Part shown: in pieces, positions 1 to 9,073 of the stretch
Position numbering within the stretch: the first letter of the stretch is position 1
Layout: each line of letters opens with the position of its first letter
Source of the DNA: a virus
Direction: 5' to 3' (one strand)
IMG/VR virus record: IMGVR_UViG_3300015371_000006
Span: 1-64,000 of that record
DNA length: 64,000 bases
Position numbers and translations under genes: made by a program
The notes under the pieces: generated by a model
What the model saw: only the letters and a program-made list of their open reading frames with translations
What the model was told of the DNA's origin: nothing
The model's database searches: none

Positions 1-31
1 AAGGAGGAGAGTTACTCCGCTTGCGCGGAGA

Positions 32-973
32 CTAGCCGTCGGCCCCGACGACTTCGGCGTCCACGACCTCTTCCTCGTTCGTGTGCTCGGCGATGAACGC
101 CGCCAGCTCGGCCCGCAGCTTCTTGCGGGCGTCGTCGTCGGCTCCGTCGAGCAGGCCCCGCACCTTTGCCTGCCGCCAGGCGCTGGCGTCGATCTCCCGT
201 GCTCCCTCGACCAGCTCGCGCAGCTCGGCCCCCAGGGCGTCGTCGCCGTAGTCGGGCTCGTCGGGCAGCGCGGTGAGGTTGGTCGACCGGCGGTCGATCT
301 CGTCCTCGCCGACCACGCCGCTGACGCTGAACGCCTTGCGCAGCGCGTACTGCTCGGCCACCTTCAGGATCATCGCCGACTTGTGCGACGACCAGGGCGT
401 CTTGCCGCCTCGGTCGTACTCGCTCAGCGGGGCGAAGTAGAACGTCGGCTCGTGGCCCTCGCGCCGGACCTCTGCCCAGGCACCAACGATGGCCCCTCGG
501 GTCGAGTCGCCGGGCTCGGCGTCGTCCTCGGGGCGCGCGGACTTCCAGCTGTAGACGTGATGGACGTTGCGTGCGCCCTCGTCGTAGCTGACCGTGAACT
601 CGTCGTTCTCATGCACGACGTCGCCGATGATGCCCCGGAAGTCGTCGGACTTGTGCGCCAGCGCCAGCAGCCCGTCGCGGCTGACGATGATCTGGACCGC
701 GCCCTGGATCTTCGCCGCGAACACCTGCTTGGCGAACGGGTCCAGCTCGTAGCGGCCGCAGACTTCCAAGAACATGACGAGTTCCGCGTCGGTGCACTCC
801 TTGGCGACGGTCCGGCGGATCGCCTCCACCTGCTTCGGGTCGAACCCATAGCGCGCAGGCTGCAGGATCGAGTCGGGTCGTTCGTGCAGAATGACGCCCT
901 GCTCCTCGCCCGGTTCGTCGGTCGCGCCGTCGGCGGGTGCCTCGGGCTCGGCCTTGGCCTTCTTCTCAGCCAT
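32..973 (-). CDS. bet: Phage single-strand annealing recombinase (Bet/RecT family)
   Basis: Motifs ELVMFLEVCGRYELDPFAKQVF, IIVSRDG, GAWAEVRR and WSSHKSAMILKVAEQYALRKAF match Red-beta/Bet proteins; acidic C-terminus; AAGGAGG RBS. Confidence 0.88.
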   Translation of the reverse strand: MAEKKAKAEPEAPADGATDEPGEEQGVILHERPDSILQPARYGFDPKQVEAIRRTVAKECTDAELVMFLEVCGRYELDPFAKQVFAAKIQGAVQIIVSRDGLLALAHKSDDFRGIIGDVVHENDEFTVSYDEGARNVHHVYSWKSARPEDDAEPGDSTRGAIVGAWAEVRREGHEPTFYFAPLSEYDRGGKTPWSSHKSAMILKVAEQYALRKAFSVSGVVGEDEIDRRSTNLTALPDEPDYGDDALGAELRELVEGAREIDASAWRQAKVRGLLDGADDDARKKLRAELAAFIAEHTNEEEVVDAEVVGADG

Positions 974-977
974 ATGA

Positions 978-990
978 CCTCCTTGGTCGG
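978..990 (-). promoter_or_regulatory. Start-associated motif CCGACCAAGGAGG upstream of bet
   Basis: Same motif recurs upstream of ligase, Ku, SSB, DUF932 and other genes. Confidence 0.75.
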
Positions 991-1020
991 ATCGATTGCC
1001 CTCCAGGCTACCGCTCGACC

Positions 1021-1420
1021 AGGACGAAGGCCCCCACGAGGGGGGCCTTCAGGAGTCCGGGCGGCGGCCAGTCCGGTCGTCGGCCTTGCGGGCGTCGCCG
1101 GGGTTTGCGGGCGGGGGAGCACACACTGCACCCCGTCCGGCCGGTGTGTCCGATCTACGGACTCGGCGGCACCGTACCACGAGCGAGGGCCCGCCGAAGC
1201 GAGCCCTCTCGCGGCGGTGTCCGGCCCGGTGACGTTGGGCGACGGACGACGACCCGTTGTCACCTTCGCCTTCCTCGTCAGGAAGCCTCCGCTGCGCGCG
1301 ACTGTACCCCAAGAAGAGGCGAAGCCGCCCGAAGGCGGCCCGCCGAGCTTCAGATTCCGTGCGCCACAACCCGACCAAGGGTGTCCCGAGAGGAACATTG
1401 GCGCACGGTCGCGCTCTGCG
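1021..1420 (-). ncRNA. Putative structured non-coding RNA, family unknown
   Basis: About 500-nt gap with no credible CDS; nested stems (1357-1366/1399-1408; 1296-1302/1408-1414); two cUUCGg hairpins (1324-1339, 1185-1208); stem mismatches read as G-U only on the minus strand; TAAGAT -10 at 1425-1430; closing hairpin 1026-1050. Confidence 0.6.
1026..1050 (-). terminator. 10-bp GC-rich hairpin, probable terminator
   Basis: gaaggccccc-acgag-gggggccttc is a perfect inverted repeat; no U-tract follows. Confidence 0.55.
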
Positions 1421-1493
1421 CCGGATCTTACACGGCCTCGTAGGCGCGCCGTCGAAGAAGCGCTGGACGTTCGCTATTTCCGGGCTGCGCGCC

Positions 1494-1982
1494 TCAGTCG
1501 ATGTAGATCGGCGTACCCACGGGCACGACGGCGTACAGCTCGATGACGTCGTCGACGTGCATCCGCAGGCAGCCGTGGGACTCCGCGAAGCCGATGCTGG
1601 CGTCGTCTGCGGTCCCGTGGATGCCCACGCCGTCGCTCGGGGCGGTGACGCCCAGCCAGCGCGCCTTCAGCGGGTTGTTCGGGTCGCCGCCCTTGATGAC
1701 CGTCCCGCGCAGCTCGGGGTCCACCCAGGGGCTGTTCGGCATCAGCCAGTCGGGGTCTTTGACCCGCGAGTTGATGATGTAGAGGCCCTTCGGGGTGTTG
1801 AAGCCCGGTGCGCCGATGGCGACCTTGTAGCGCAGGGCCTGATCGAATTCGACGTCGACCTTGTCGCGGGTGTAGAGCGTCAGCACCTTGCGGTCGCGCT
1901 CGCACACCAGCATCTTCTGCGGGGCCGCCGCGATCTTCTCCAGCTCGTGGGCGGCCCGTCGTTCTCCGCGTTGATCGTTCAT
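1494..1982 (-). CDS. L,D-transpeptidase (YkuD family)
   Basis: VAIG...TPKG motif and catalytic GIHGT...SHGCLRM. Confidence 0.9.
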   Translation of the reverse strand: MNDQRGERRAAHELEKIAAAPQKMLVCERDRKVLTLYTRDKVDVEFDQALRYKVAIGAPGFNTPKGLYIINSRVKDPDWLMPNSPWVDPELRGTVIKGGDPNNPLKARWLGVTAPSDGVGIHGTADDASIGFAESHGCLRMHVDDVIELYAVVPVGTPIYID

Positions 1983-2737
1983 GGGCTCCAGACGTTGACG
2001 TATTTGGTCATGGTGCCGGGGTCGTTGTGCGCGGCGCTACCGAGCGAGTAGTGCTGGCACCACTCCAGCGGCGTCTCGACGGCGTTGCCGTCGGGGAACT
2101 TCGCGCCGATGTTCTTGACCCAGGTCTGCGGCGTCGTCCAGTAGCTCGACAGGCCGCTGACGCCCTTCGTGGCGATCTGGTCGGCCCCGTAGGGATAGTT
2201 GTGACTCAGCATCGCCAGCCGCCACGCCTTCTCGTGCGTCGGTGCTCCGGTCTTGCCGTAGTAGGTGTCCTTGCGTCCGCGCAGCGTCCGGGCGCTGAGG
2301 TTGAGCTGGTAGTAGCCGTCGAAGGCACGCTTGACCACGGCCTCGTCGGCGTAGTCGGCCTCCAGCACCCGACGCTGGGTGTAGCTGCAGTCGACGCCGC
2401 CCGCCACGGTCCAGTTGACCGCCCCGACCAGGTCGCCCGACTCCCCGGTGACCTGCCCGCGCAGCAGCCCTTCGGGCAGGTCGGCGGTGACCCTGCGCTC
2501 CAGCTCCCGCGCCATCGACGACGACGACGCGGGGCCGAAGATCCCGTCGACGGCGAGCCCTTCGTTCGACTGGAACTGGCGGACGGCCTCGTGCGTCGCC
2601 TTGCCGAACAGGCCGTCGGTCGCCAGGCCCCACCCGAGGGCGTTCAGGTTCTTCTGCACGCCCCAGGTGACGATGTTGAAGGTCGGCGACGCCTCCTTGC
2701 GCACCGAGTAGACGGTCGAGGACGGGATCAGCCCCAT
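1979..2737 (-). CDS. Peptidoglycan-binding protein with possible SLT/lysozyme-like C-terminal domain (endolysin-like)
   Basis: PG_binding_1 signature DGLFGKATHEAVRQFQ...LAVDGIFGP; C-terminal LLRGQVTGESG and LAMLSHN resemble SLT motifs. Confidence 0.65.
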   Translation of the reverse strand: MGLIPSSTVYSVRKEASPTFNIVTWGVQKNLNALGWGLATDGLFGKATHEAVRQFQSNEGLAVDGIFGPASSSSMARELERRVTADLPEGLLRGQVTGESGDLVGAVNWTVAGGVDCSYTQRRVLEADYADEAVVKRAFDGYYQLNLSARTLRGRKDTYYGKTGAPTHEKAWRLAMLSHNYPYGADQIATKGVSGLSSYWTTPQTWVKNIGAKFPDGNAVETPLEWCQHYSLGSAAHNDPGTMTKYVNVWSP

Positions 2738-3177
2738 CAGTCGCCGCCGGGTCCGTCCTCCGGCGCGATGTCGTCCGGCTGGCTCAGCAGGAAGTCATCG
2801 TCCGCCTCGATGTAGGGGCCGCCCGCCGCGTTATCGGCGGCCGCCGGGCTCTCGTTCTGTTGGATCGGCGGCTGCTTGCGGTGGTAGCGCGACAGCATCG
2901 GGTCGGCCGTCGGCGACGCCAGCTGGGCCTCGTACTTCTGCCACCCGTCGAGCCACTTGTACGCCGCGACGATTGCGCCGGACGTGGCGACGGTGAAGAT
3001 CCCCGCCAGCCAGTTCGGGTCGAGCGGCGGGATGCCGGGGAAGTGCGCGGCAACCCAGGTGGCGACGAAGCCCGCCAGGGATGCGAGCGGCGCTGCCAGC
3101 ACGGCGACGACGCGGTTGGGCGGCCACTGCTCTCGCAGCTTCGCGTAGAGCTTCTGTAGCCAGCTCGGGGATTCCAT
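2737..3177 (-). CDS. Holin-like membrane protein
   Basis: Two hydrophobic helices; lies between two endolysin-like genes. Confidence 0.6.
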   Translation of the reverse strand: MESPSWLQKLYAKLREQWPPNRVVAVLAAPLASLAGFVATWVAAHFPGIPPLDPNWLAGIFTVATSGAIVAAYKWLDGWQKYEAQLASPTADPMLSRYHRKQPPIQQNESPAAADNAAGGPYIEADDDFLLSQPDDIAPEDGPGGD

Positions 3178-3186
3178 TCGTGCCTC

Positions 3187-4047
3187 CTAGTAGCGGTCTC
3201 CGGCCAGCGCCTTCAGGGTCTTGAACCGGAACTCGCGGTCCTCGTGGTTCCACCCGTGGTCGTCGGCCGTGTCCTTGATCGAGTGCGCTCGCTTGGCGGC
3301 CCACTCGCGGTGGCCCCTGATCTGCTCGCGCTCCTTGTCGGTGATGTTGTCGCCCGCCATCAGCAGCCGGGCGCGGTTGACGTGCTCGCGTTCGTCGTTG
3401 TAGAGCTTGTCCTTGTGGCGCAGCACCCGCCAGGTCTTGCCGCCGACCACGCCGTCTGAGCCGAGGTGGTGGATCAGCTGGAACTCGCGGACGGCGTCGG
3501 CGGTGTTCTCGCCGAAGCTGCCGTCCGCCTTGGGCCGCGTGACTCCCACGTTCCAGCGGTGCAGGTGCTTCTGCATCCGCTTCACAGCGTCGCCCTTGTC
3601 GCCCTTCTTGAGCACCGGGTAGCGGTTCTCTGTGCTGCCGCCGCCGGGGTCGCTGCCGTTCCAGACTCCGGCGCGGTACTTCAGATGCCAGGGCTCCCAG
3701 CTTGCGTCCGACCACTCCTTGGCCCAGCCGAACTGGTGGCCGTATTGGTCGATCAGCGAGCGGACGTAGGGCGGCACGTCGACGGCCAGGCCCCAGCCGT
3801 GGTTGGAGGTGCCGGGGACGGCAGCGTTCTGACACGCGCCGCGACCACACCAGTAGTTGCGCCAGTAGACCTGGCGAGCGTAGGAGCGGTAGCCCGAGTC
3901 GGGGCCGTTGATCTGAATCCACGTCCCGGTTCGGTCGTGGATGTAGTGCGCCATCGCGTTCCAGGCGGCGGCCGCTCCGTTCGCCAGCTGCGTGCCGCCC
4001 ACGATGGGCGATAGCTCGGCGTCGGTCAGGTATCCGTTCGCTGACAC
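3187..4047 (-). CDS. Endolysin: M15/VanY-type zinc peptidase plus peptidoglycan-binding domain
   Basis: SGYRSYARQ, PGTSNHGWGLAVD, EPWH; PG-binding DGSFGENTADAVREFQ...DGVVGGKTW. Confidence 0.88.
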   Translation of the reverse strand: MSANGYLTDAELSPIVGGTQLANGAAAAWNAMAHYIHDRTGTWIQINGPDSGYRSYARQVYWRNYWCGRGACQNAAVPGTSNHGWGLAVDVPPYVRSLIDQYGHQFGWAKEWSDASWEPWHLKYRAGVWNGSDPGGGSTENRYPVLKKGDKGDAVKRMQKHLHRWNVGVTRPKADGSFGENTADAVREFQLIHHLGSDGVVGGKTWRVLRHKDKLYNDEREHVNRARLLMAGDNITDKEREQIRGHREWAAKRAHSIKDTADDHGWNHEDREFRFKTLKALAGDRY

Positions 4048-4091
4048 ACGGGAAGCCTAATGCCTGCGCCCGCCCGAACGGCGTTTGGGCT

Positions 4092-4556
4092 TTAGGTGGG
4101 CCGCGTTTCGCCCGGCTTGAGCGTTTCGCCCGGCGGCGGTGGCTCCTCGGGCGGGGGGTCCGGCAGGCCCTTCTTCAGCGCGGCTTCCGTCTTCGCCAGC
4201 ATGTCCTTGGGCGCTGCCACCATGCCGTGGCTCGGGTCGGGCTTGAAGCCGACGGCTTCGAAGGCCTCCGTCGTCTGCGGCGTGATGTGCGCACGCAGCT
4301 CCTTGATGTCGTGCTCGATTGCCGTCTCGGCGACCACGTTGGCGATCAGGGTCAGCACGCCCGCGCGTCGGGGTTCGTTGCGCATCTCTTCGAACACCCA
4401 GTGGTCGTCGTGGAAGGCGATGGTCACCACTCCGCTGCGCTCTCCCTTTTCCCAGCGGAAGGTGACGTTGTGTCCGTGGCGCTGCTTGTCGACGACCGGG
4501 AAGTCCGAGCGCGACAGGAACCCCTTCGCGTCGGCGATGTCAGCGGGATCTGCCAT
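4092..4556 (-). CDS. Hypothetical protein, possible GNAT-like fold
   Basis: True start is MADPAD, overlapping the upstream stop (TGATG); RRAGV and AFEAVGF resemble GNAT motifs A and B. Confidence 0.45.
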   Translation of the reverse strand: MADPADIADAKGFLSRSDFPVVDKQRHGHNVTFRWEKGERSGVVTIAFHDDHWVFEEMRNEPRRAGVLTLIANVVAETAIEHDIKELRAHITPQTTEAFEAVGFKPDPSHGMVAAPKDMLAKTEAALKKGLPDPPPEEPPPPGETLKPGETRPT

Positions 4557-5146
4557 CAGTGCGCCTTGATGATGTAGTTCAGCGTCGCGTAGTAGCCAGA
4601 GAAGGTGGTGGTGCCCGGCGAGGACGAGCTGGTGCCGGGGGCGGCGCTCCCGACCTTGCCGCCGTGAGTGTGGTCGTAGGACGGAACCAGGGTCGAGCCC
4701 GTGCCGTTGATCGATCTCACTTCGTCCGGGTAGGGCGGCGCGCTGATCGAGTGGGAGTGGCTGTCCACGGTGTGGCTGTGGGAGTTGACCGTGTGGCTGT
4801 GCTTCGGCGTGCGCGATCCCACGGCCAGGCCGTCGCTGTCGCTCAGCGTGTCCACGTCGGCGTGTGTGCCCTTGCCGACGGGCACGCGGCCTCGGAGGTC
4901 GGGCACGGTGAAGTGCGTGGCATCCGAGCCGTAGGGATAGCTCGCGGCGCTGAGCACGGCGTCCAGCGCCGGGTAGTCCGCCTTTAGGTAGCTCGTCGTG
5001 CCGTCGCAGATCAGCCAGCCGGTCGGTGCGCTTGCCCCGGCGAAGGGCAGCACGGCTCCGGCGGGTACCAGCCTGGCCACGGCGTCGGAGGCCAGGCCCG
5101 CGAGCGGGACCGCTGCGTTGGAAGGAAGGTCGCCGACGTTGGTCAT
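4556..5146 (-). CDS. Phage tail collar domain protein
   Basis: PAGAVLPFAG..APTGWLICDG, YPAL, FTVPDLRGRVPVG, LNYIIK. Confidence 0.9.
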   Translation of the reverse strand: MTNVGDLPSNAAVPLAGLASDAVARLVPAGAVLPFAGASAPTGWLICDGTTSYLKADYPALDAVLSAASYPYGSDATHFTVPDLRGRVPVGKGTHADVDTLSDSDGLAVGSRTPKHSHTVNSHSHTVDSHSHSISAPPYPDEVRSINGTGSTLVPSYDHTHGGKVGSAAPGTSSSSPGTTTFSGYYATLNYIIKAH

Positions 5147-5171
5147 CGCGCGTGTCCAATCCTATAGCCGC

Positions 5172-7088
5172 TCACTGCAGCAGCCCCAGAGTGATCAGGT
5201 CGTCGCGCAGGCCGAGGACGTACTGCGCCAGCTGATTGAGGGTGAAGCCGCTCACCAGGGTGCTGGTCGCCGTCAGGCCCGAGCTGTTGGTCCGGGTGGT
5301 CGGGCGGGCTGCCGGGGTCGCGCCGAAGGCCCCGAAGGTGCTCCCGTTGTGGTCGAACGCGCCGCCGATGGTCAGCGCATCGTTGATGTCCACGCCGGAG
5401 GTGTTGATCTCCATCTTCTCGGAGCCGTTGGCGCTGAAGTGGATCGCGTTCTCGTTGGCCGACAGCTGGTAGAGGCCCGTGTTGAGGTCGCCCGTGAAGG
5501 CAATGCCGGGGTTGCCCACGTTGCCCTTGTCGGCCTGCAGCTGGCCCGCCGTCGAGGTGTTGCCGTCCTTGTCCACCAGCAGGTAGCTCGTGCTCCCCGC
5601 GTTGTTCTGCACGCGGAAGATTGCCGCCGTCGGCGTGGTGTCGGTCCCGCGCCGCACCGACAGCGCGACGGAGTCGGTCCCGACGTGGAAGGAGTTCGTG
5701 AATGTCCAGGTGTTCGCCGCCCCGAGCTGGCCGTAGCGCGCGTCAGATGCGGTGCGGTTCATCGCGTCCGAGCCCGCCGTCGCGTCGGCGAGGTTCGTGA
5801 TCTTGACGCCGTTCCAGGTGACGTTCGCGGTCGGTGCCGCCATCTGGTCGAGCCGCGAGGTCCGCACCTGGGTGTCGAAGTTGCTGATCGTGCTCGCGGT
5901 CTGCGTGCCGGTGTGGTTCGCGCGCGCCAGCGGGTCGGTCGCCAGCTTGCTCAGGGCGATGGCGGCGCTCGCGCTGATGTCGGCGTTCAGGATCGTGCCG
6001 TCGAGGATCTCGGTCGTGGTGACCGCCCCGGCGACGATCTGCAGGTTGGAGAAGGTGCCCGAGAGGTCGCCGCCCGCCGTCGAGCCCGAGCCGATGATCG
6101 AGCCGCCACCGATGGTCAGCGAGCCGCCGATGTCCACGCTGCCGGTGACGGTCAGGTTCTGGTCGATGATCACGTTGTCGGGCGTGCGCCAGGTGTCGGC
6201 GGCGTTGCGGTACCAGACGGTGTCGGCGTTGGCCGAGATGCCCGCCTGGGCCGACGGACCTTCGTCGCCGATGACGACCGCCGCCGAGGAGCCCACGCGC
6301 GCGGTGATGTCCACGGCCGACTGCAGGCTGTCGTCGGTCTTCAGCACGTTGGCGGCGCTGCGATACAGCGTCACGTCGCCGCCGATGGTGATCCCGACGT
6401 CCGCCGTCGTGTCGGAAAGGTTGATCGTGTCCTTGCCGCCGTTGGCGCTGATCACCAGGCCCTCGGTCGAGCTGATCGTGACTCCCTGAGTGGCGAGGAT
6501 GTCGCCGTCGCTGTCCACTCGCAGCGCGGCGGTTCCGGTGCTCTCCTCGACCCGGAAGAGGTCGGCGGTCTGCGAGGCCGCGCCGCGCGCGGTCAGCGCC
6601 ACCTGGCTTGCGTGGTCGGAGGTGGCGAGCAGGGGATAGGTGCTGTTGTGCCGCCAGCCGACGATGGGCCGGAAGGCGGTGATCGCCGACGACACGACGT
6701 CGACGTAGCCGATCTGGCGCTTGATCGCGGTGCCGGGGTCGCCGCCGGAAGCCACGATGGAGAGGTAGAAGTTGTAGTCGGTCGGTGAGTCGGGGTCGCC
6801 GACCACGCCCGTGAAGTCGTTGTCCGACCCGGTGACGTAGACGTCGCCGACGCCGTTGGTCAGGCCGCCCGGTAGCGCCGCCGTGGTCGCGGTCGTGCGG
6901 AAGCGGTAGCGCCCCTCGATGGCGACCGCCGCCTGGCTGTTGCCGCTGCCCGCCGTCGCCTGCAGGGTGGTCGAGTTCTGCACGGTGATCTTCAGGCTCG
7001 GGACCGACGCGCCCAGCACCTCTTGGATCGCGTCGAAGAAGCCCTCGTGGACCGGGTCCAGGTAGTCGAGTTCGATGTGCTGGGTCAT
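5172..7088 (-). CDS. Tail fibre protein
   Basis: Start MTQHIE with GGAGG RBS; follows baseplate genes; Gly/Thr/Ala-rich; DVTLYRSAANVLKTDD and KITNLADAT fibre motifs. Confidence 0.75.
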   Translation of the reverse strand: MTQHIELDYLDPVHEGFFDAIQEVLGASVPSLKITVQNSTTLQATAGSGNSQAAVAIEGRYRFRTTATTAALPGGLTNGVGDVYVTGSDNDFTGVVGDPDSPTDYNFYLSIVASGGDPGTAIKRQIGYVDVVSSAITAFRPIVGWRHNSTYPLLATSDHASQVALTARGAASQTADLFRVEESTGTAALRVDSDGDILATQGVTISSTEGLVISANGGKDTINLSDTTADVGITIGGDVTLYRSAANVLKTDDSLQSAVDITARVGSSAAVVIGDEGPSAQAGISANADTVWYRNAADTWRTPDNVIIDQNLTVTGSVDIGGSLTIGGGSIIGSGSTAGGDLSGTFSNLQIVAGAVTTTEILDGTILNADISASAAIALSKLATDPLARANHTGTQTASTISNFDTQVRTSRLDQMAAPTANVTWNGVKITNLADATAGSDAMNRTASDARYGQLGAANTWTFTNSFHVGTDSVALSVRRGTDTTPTAAIFRVQNNAGSTSYLLVDKDGNTSTAGQLQADKGNVGNPGIAFTGDLNTGLYQLSANENAIHFSANGSEKMEINTSGVDINDALTIGGAFDHNGSTFGAFGATPAARPTTRTNSSGLTATSTLVSGFTLNQLAQYVLGLRDDLITLGLLQ

Positions 7089-7096
7089 GGAGCCTC

Positions 7097-7636
7097 CTAG
7101 AGCTGGTCGCCGACCAGGCTGACGCCGACGATGAAGCGGGTGCCGCCCGCGAAGATCAGGACGATGGACAGGTGCGCCGGGGTGATCCTGGTCAGCATGT
7201 CGATCAGCTGGCCCGCCCGGAAGTCGGTGCTTTCGAACGGCACCTCGATGGTCAGCTGGTAGTCGACGGCCGTGTTCTCGACGTGCGTCCACTCCTCGGT
7301 CCCGAGCACGGCGCTGATCAGGTTCCACCAGCCGATCCCCGCCCCGGCGCGTCGGCGCTTCCAGGCCGCGAGCACGATGGCCTTGCGCGTCGCCAGCGAG
7401 ATCCCGGTGGGCTCAACCGGCAGGCCCATCATCAGCTCCCACAGCGCGAGCAGTTGGTACTCGTCGTCGGCGGCGTGCGGCCGCAGCTTCTCGCGCACGG
7501 TGTTGAGGTAGTCCTCGATGCGCTGCAGCTCGCGGCTGCTCGCATCGATCAGCGCCTGGATCGCCGGGTCGTCCTGCTCGTAGGGCGGCAGGTCGAGGAG
7601 GACGTCGGTTCCCTTCTCGGAGAGCGTCGCGGGCAT
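7097..7636 (-). CDS. Baseplate wedge protein (gp48/YmfQ/tail protein I-like)
   Basis: LPPY..., LALWELMMGL, ITPAHL; directly after baseplate J. Confidence 0.75.
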   Translation of the reverse strand: MPATLSEKGTDVLLDLPPYEQDDPAIQALIDASSRELQRIEDYLNTVREKLRPHAADDEYQLLALWELMMGLPVEPTGISLATRKAIVLAAWKRRRAGAGIGWWNLISAVLGTEEWTHVENTAVDYQLTIEVPFESTDFRAGQLIDMLTRITPAHLSIVLIFAGGTRFIVGVSLVGDQL

Positions 7637-7684
7637 CTGGTCTGAGGGTAAAGCCAGGCGGGCCGTCGCCCTGATTCGGACGGG

Positions 7685-9073
7685 CTAGGTCAGGGTCACG
7701 GTCGTCAGCTCAGGCACCTGAGTGGCGCTCACGGCGAGGTTCGCCGCTGCGGCGTTGAGCTGCACCGAGCTGACGTCGTAGACGCCGGGCACTCGGAAGA
7801 AGCGCGACTCCGTCTTGTTCAGCAGGACGTAGCCCGATCCGGCGGGGCTCTCGGAGCCGGGCGGGTTCTCGCCGCCGGGCGGCAGGTTGTCGATGTATTC
7901 GCTCAGCGCGTTCTCGATGTTCGTGCGGGTGGCGATGGTCCCGCCCGCGCCGTCGAGGCTGTAGCCGTCGGCGTGCGACACGGCCGCGCTCACGGTGACG
8001 GCCAGCGTGGTCGGGGTCTGCACGGTGACGATGGCCCCCACGGGCGCGAGGCCCTTGCCCTGCCCGTGCTGCACCACGTCGGTGCCCGCCGTGACGCTGC
8101 CCGAGCCGCCCGTGCAGCCGGTGAAGGTGGTCGAGGTCACGCCCGTGTAGGTGACCAGGTTCGTGCCGACGTAGACCTTCCCGCTCGGCGAGAAGCCCGT
8201 GGTCGAGACGACGTTGATCGTGCCGACCGGCAGCGTGTGCGAGCCGGTCGTCGTCGTGCTCGCGCTGTAGGGGTCGAGGACGACCTGCAGGCCGTCGCGC
8301 ACGACTGTGCTCACCGGGTCGTTCTCGATGTCGGTCACGACCACGCGCACGGTGCCGCCGCCGTTCCACAGCGGCGCGACGCGGACGTTGCCCACGCCGG
8401 GGAAGGCGAGCGACCAGCGCTCGTAGTCGGCCAGCGATCCCGAGCCCTGCGCGGCGCTGTATTCGAGGATCAGCCGGTCGCGGTACTGCTCGTCTGACTC
8501 GATGTCCGAGCCGCCCGTGATCGATGCCGCGTTGGCGACGGCGCTGATGCCGGTGACCGGGGTCAGCAGCAGGGGGACCGCGCCGGTCGCCACGTTGCCC
8601 GCCGAGCCCGCCTCGGAGGCTTCGACGTTGAGCGTCAGCGTGCCGCCGCTGACCGTGCCGCTCTCGGTGGTGACGAAGCTCACCGGCTCGATTTCAGGGT
8701 CGGTCTGCTCGGTCGAGACCTCGGTGCCCACGGCGACGATGGTCCCGTTCGTGCCGGTGAAGGTGATCTCGCCTGTGGACTTGACCGCCGCCTTGCGCGC
8801 GACCGTGATCGTCTCGCCGTGCTCGTCGAGGTAGTCGCCCCAGGAGAAGGCGACGAAGCTCGCAGCGACGAACTCGGTCGCGGCCATGTCCCACAGCCGC
8901 TCCATCTCCAGCGCGATGGCCTGGGTGACGTCGAAGTAGAAGCCACCGGGGGTGGTGTCGATAAAGGCGTCGTCGCTCGGGTCCACCCCCGCGTTGACGT
9001 CGGCGTCCATGCGGGCGCGGATCGACTCGACGGTTTCGATGCGCAGCGGAATGAAGTCCAGCAAGCTCGGCAT
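7685..9073 (-). CDS. Baseplate J-like protein (Mu gp47/XkdT)
   Basis: GDYLD, G.AGN, ITGGSDIESDEQYRDR, GSLADYERW, PLWNGGGTVRV. Confidence 0.92.
   Translation of the reverse strand: MPSLLDFIPLRIETVESIRARMDADVNAGVDPSDDAFIDTTPGGFYFDVTQAIALEMERLWDMAATEFVAASFVAFSWGDYLDEHGETITVARKAAVKSTGEITFTGTNGTIVAVGTEVSTEQTDPEIEPVSFVTTESGTVSGGTLTLNVEASEAGSAGNVATGAVPLLLTPVTGISAVANAASITGGSDIESDEQYRDRLILEYSAAQGSGSLADYERWSLAFPGVGNVRVAPLWNGGGTVRVVVTDIENDPVSTVVRDGLQVVLDPYSASTTTTGSHTLPVGTINVVSTTGFSPSGKVYVGTNLVTYTGVTSTTFTGCTGGSGSVTAGTDVVQHGQGKGLAPVGAIVTVQTPTTLAVTVSAAVSHADGYSLDGAGGTIATRTNIENALSEYIDNLPPGGENPPGSESPAGSGYVLLNKTESRFFRVPGVYDVSSVQLNAAAANLAVSATQVPELTTVTLT

Noticed and set aside
1270-1285. CUGACGA on the minus strand, resembling a hammerhead ribozyme core
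   Set aside because: It lies in the loop of a simple CUUCC/GGAAG hairpin, with no correctly placed GAAA or three-stem junction.
1021-1420. tRNA, tmRNA or RNase P identity for the structured region
   Set aside because: No T-loop GTTCRA, acceptor stem with CCA, or RNase P GAGGAAAGUCC motif was found by eye.
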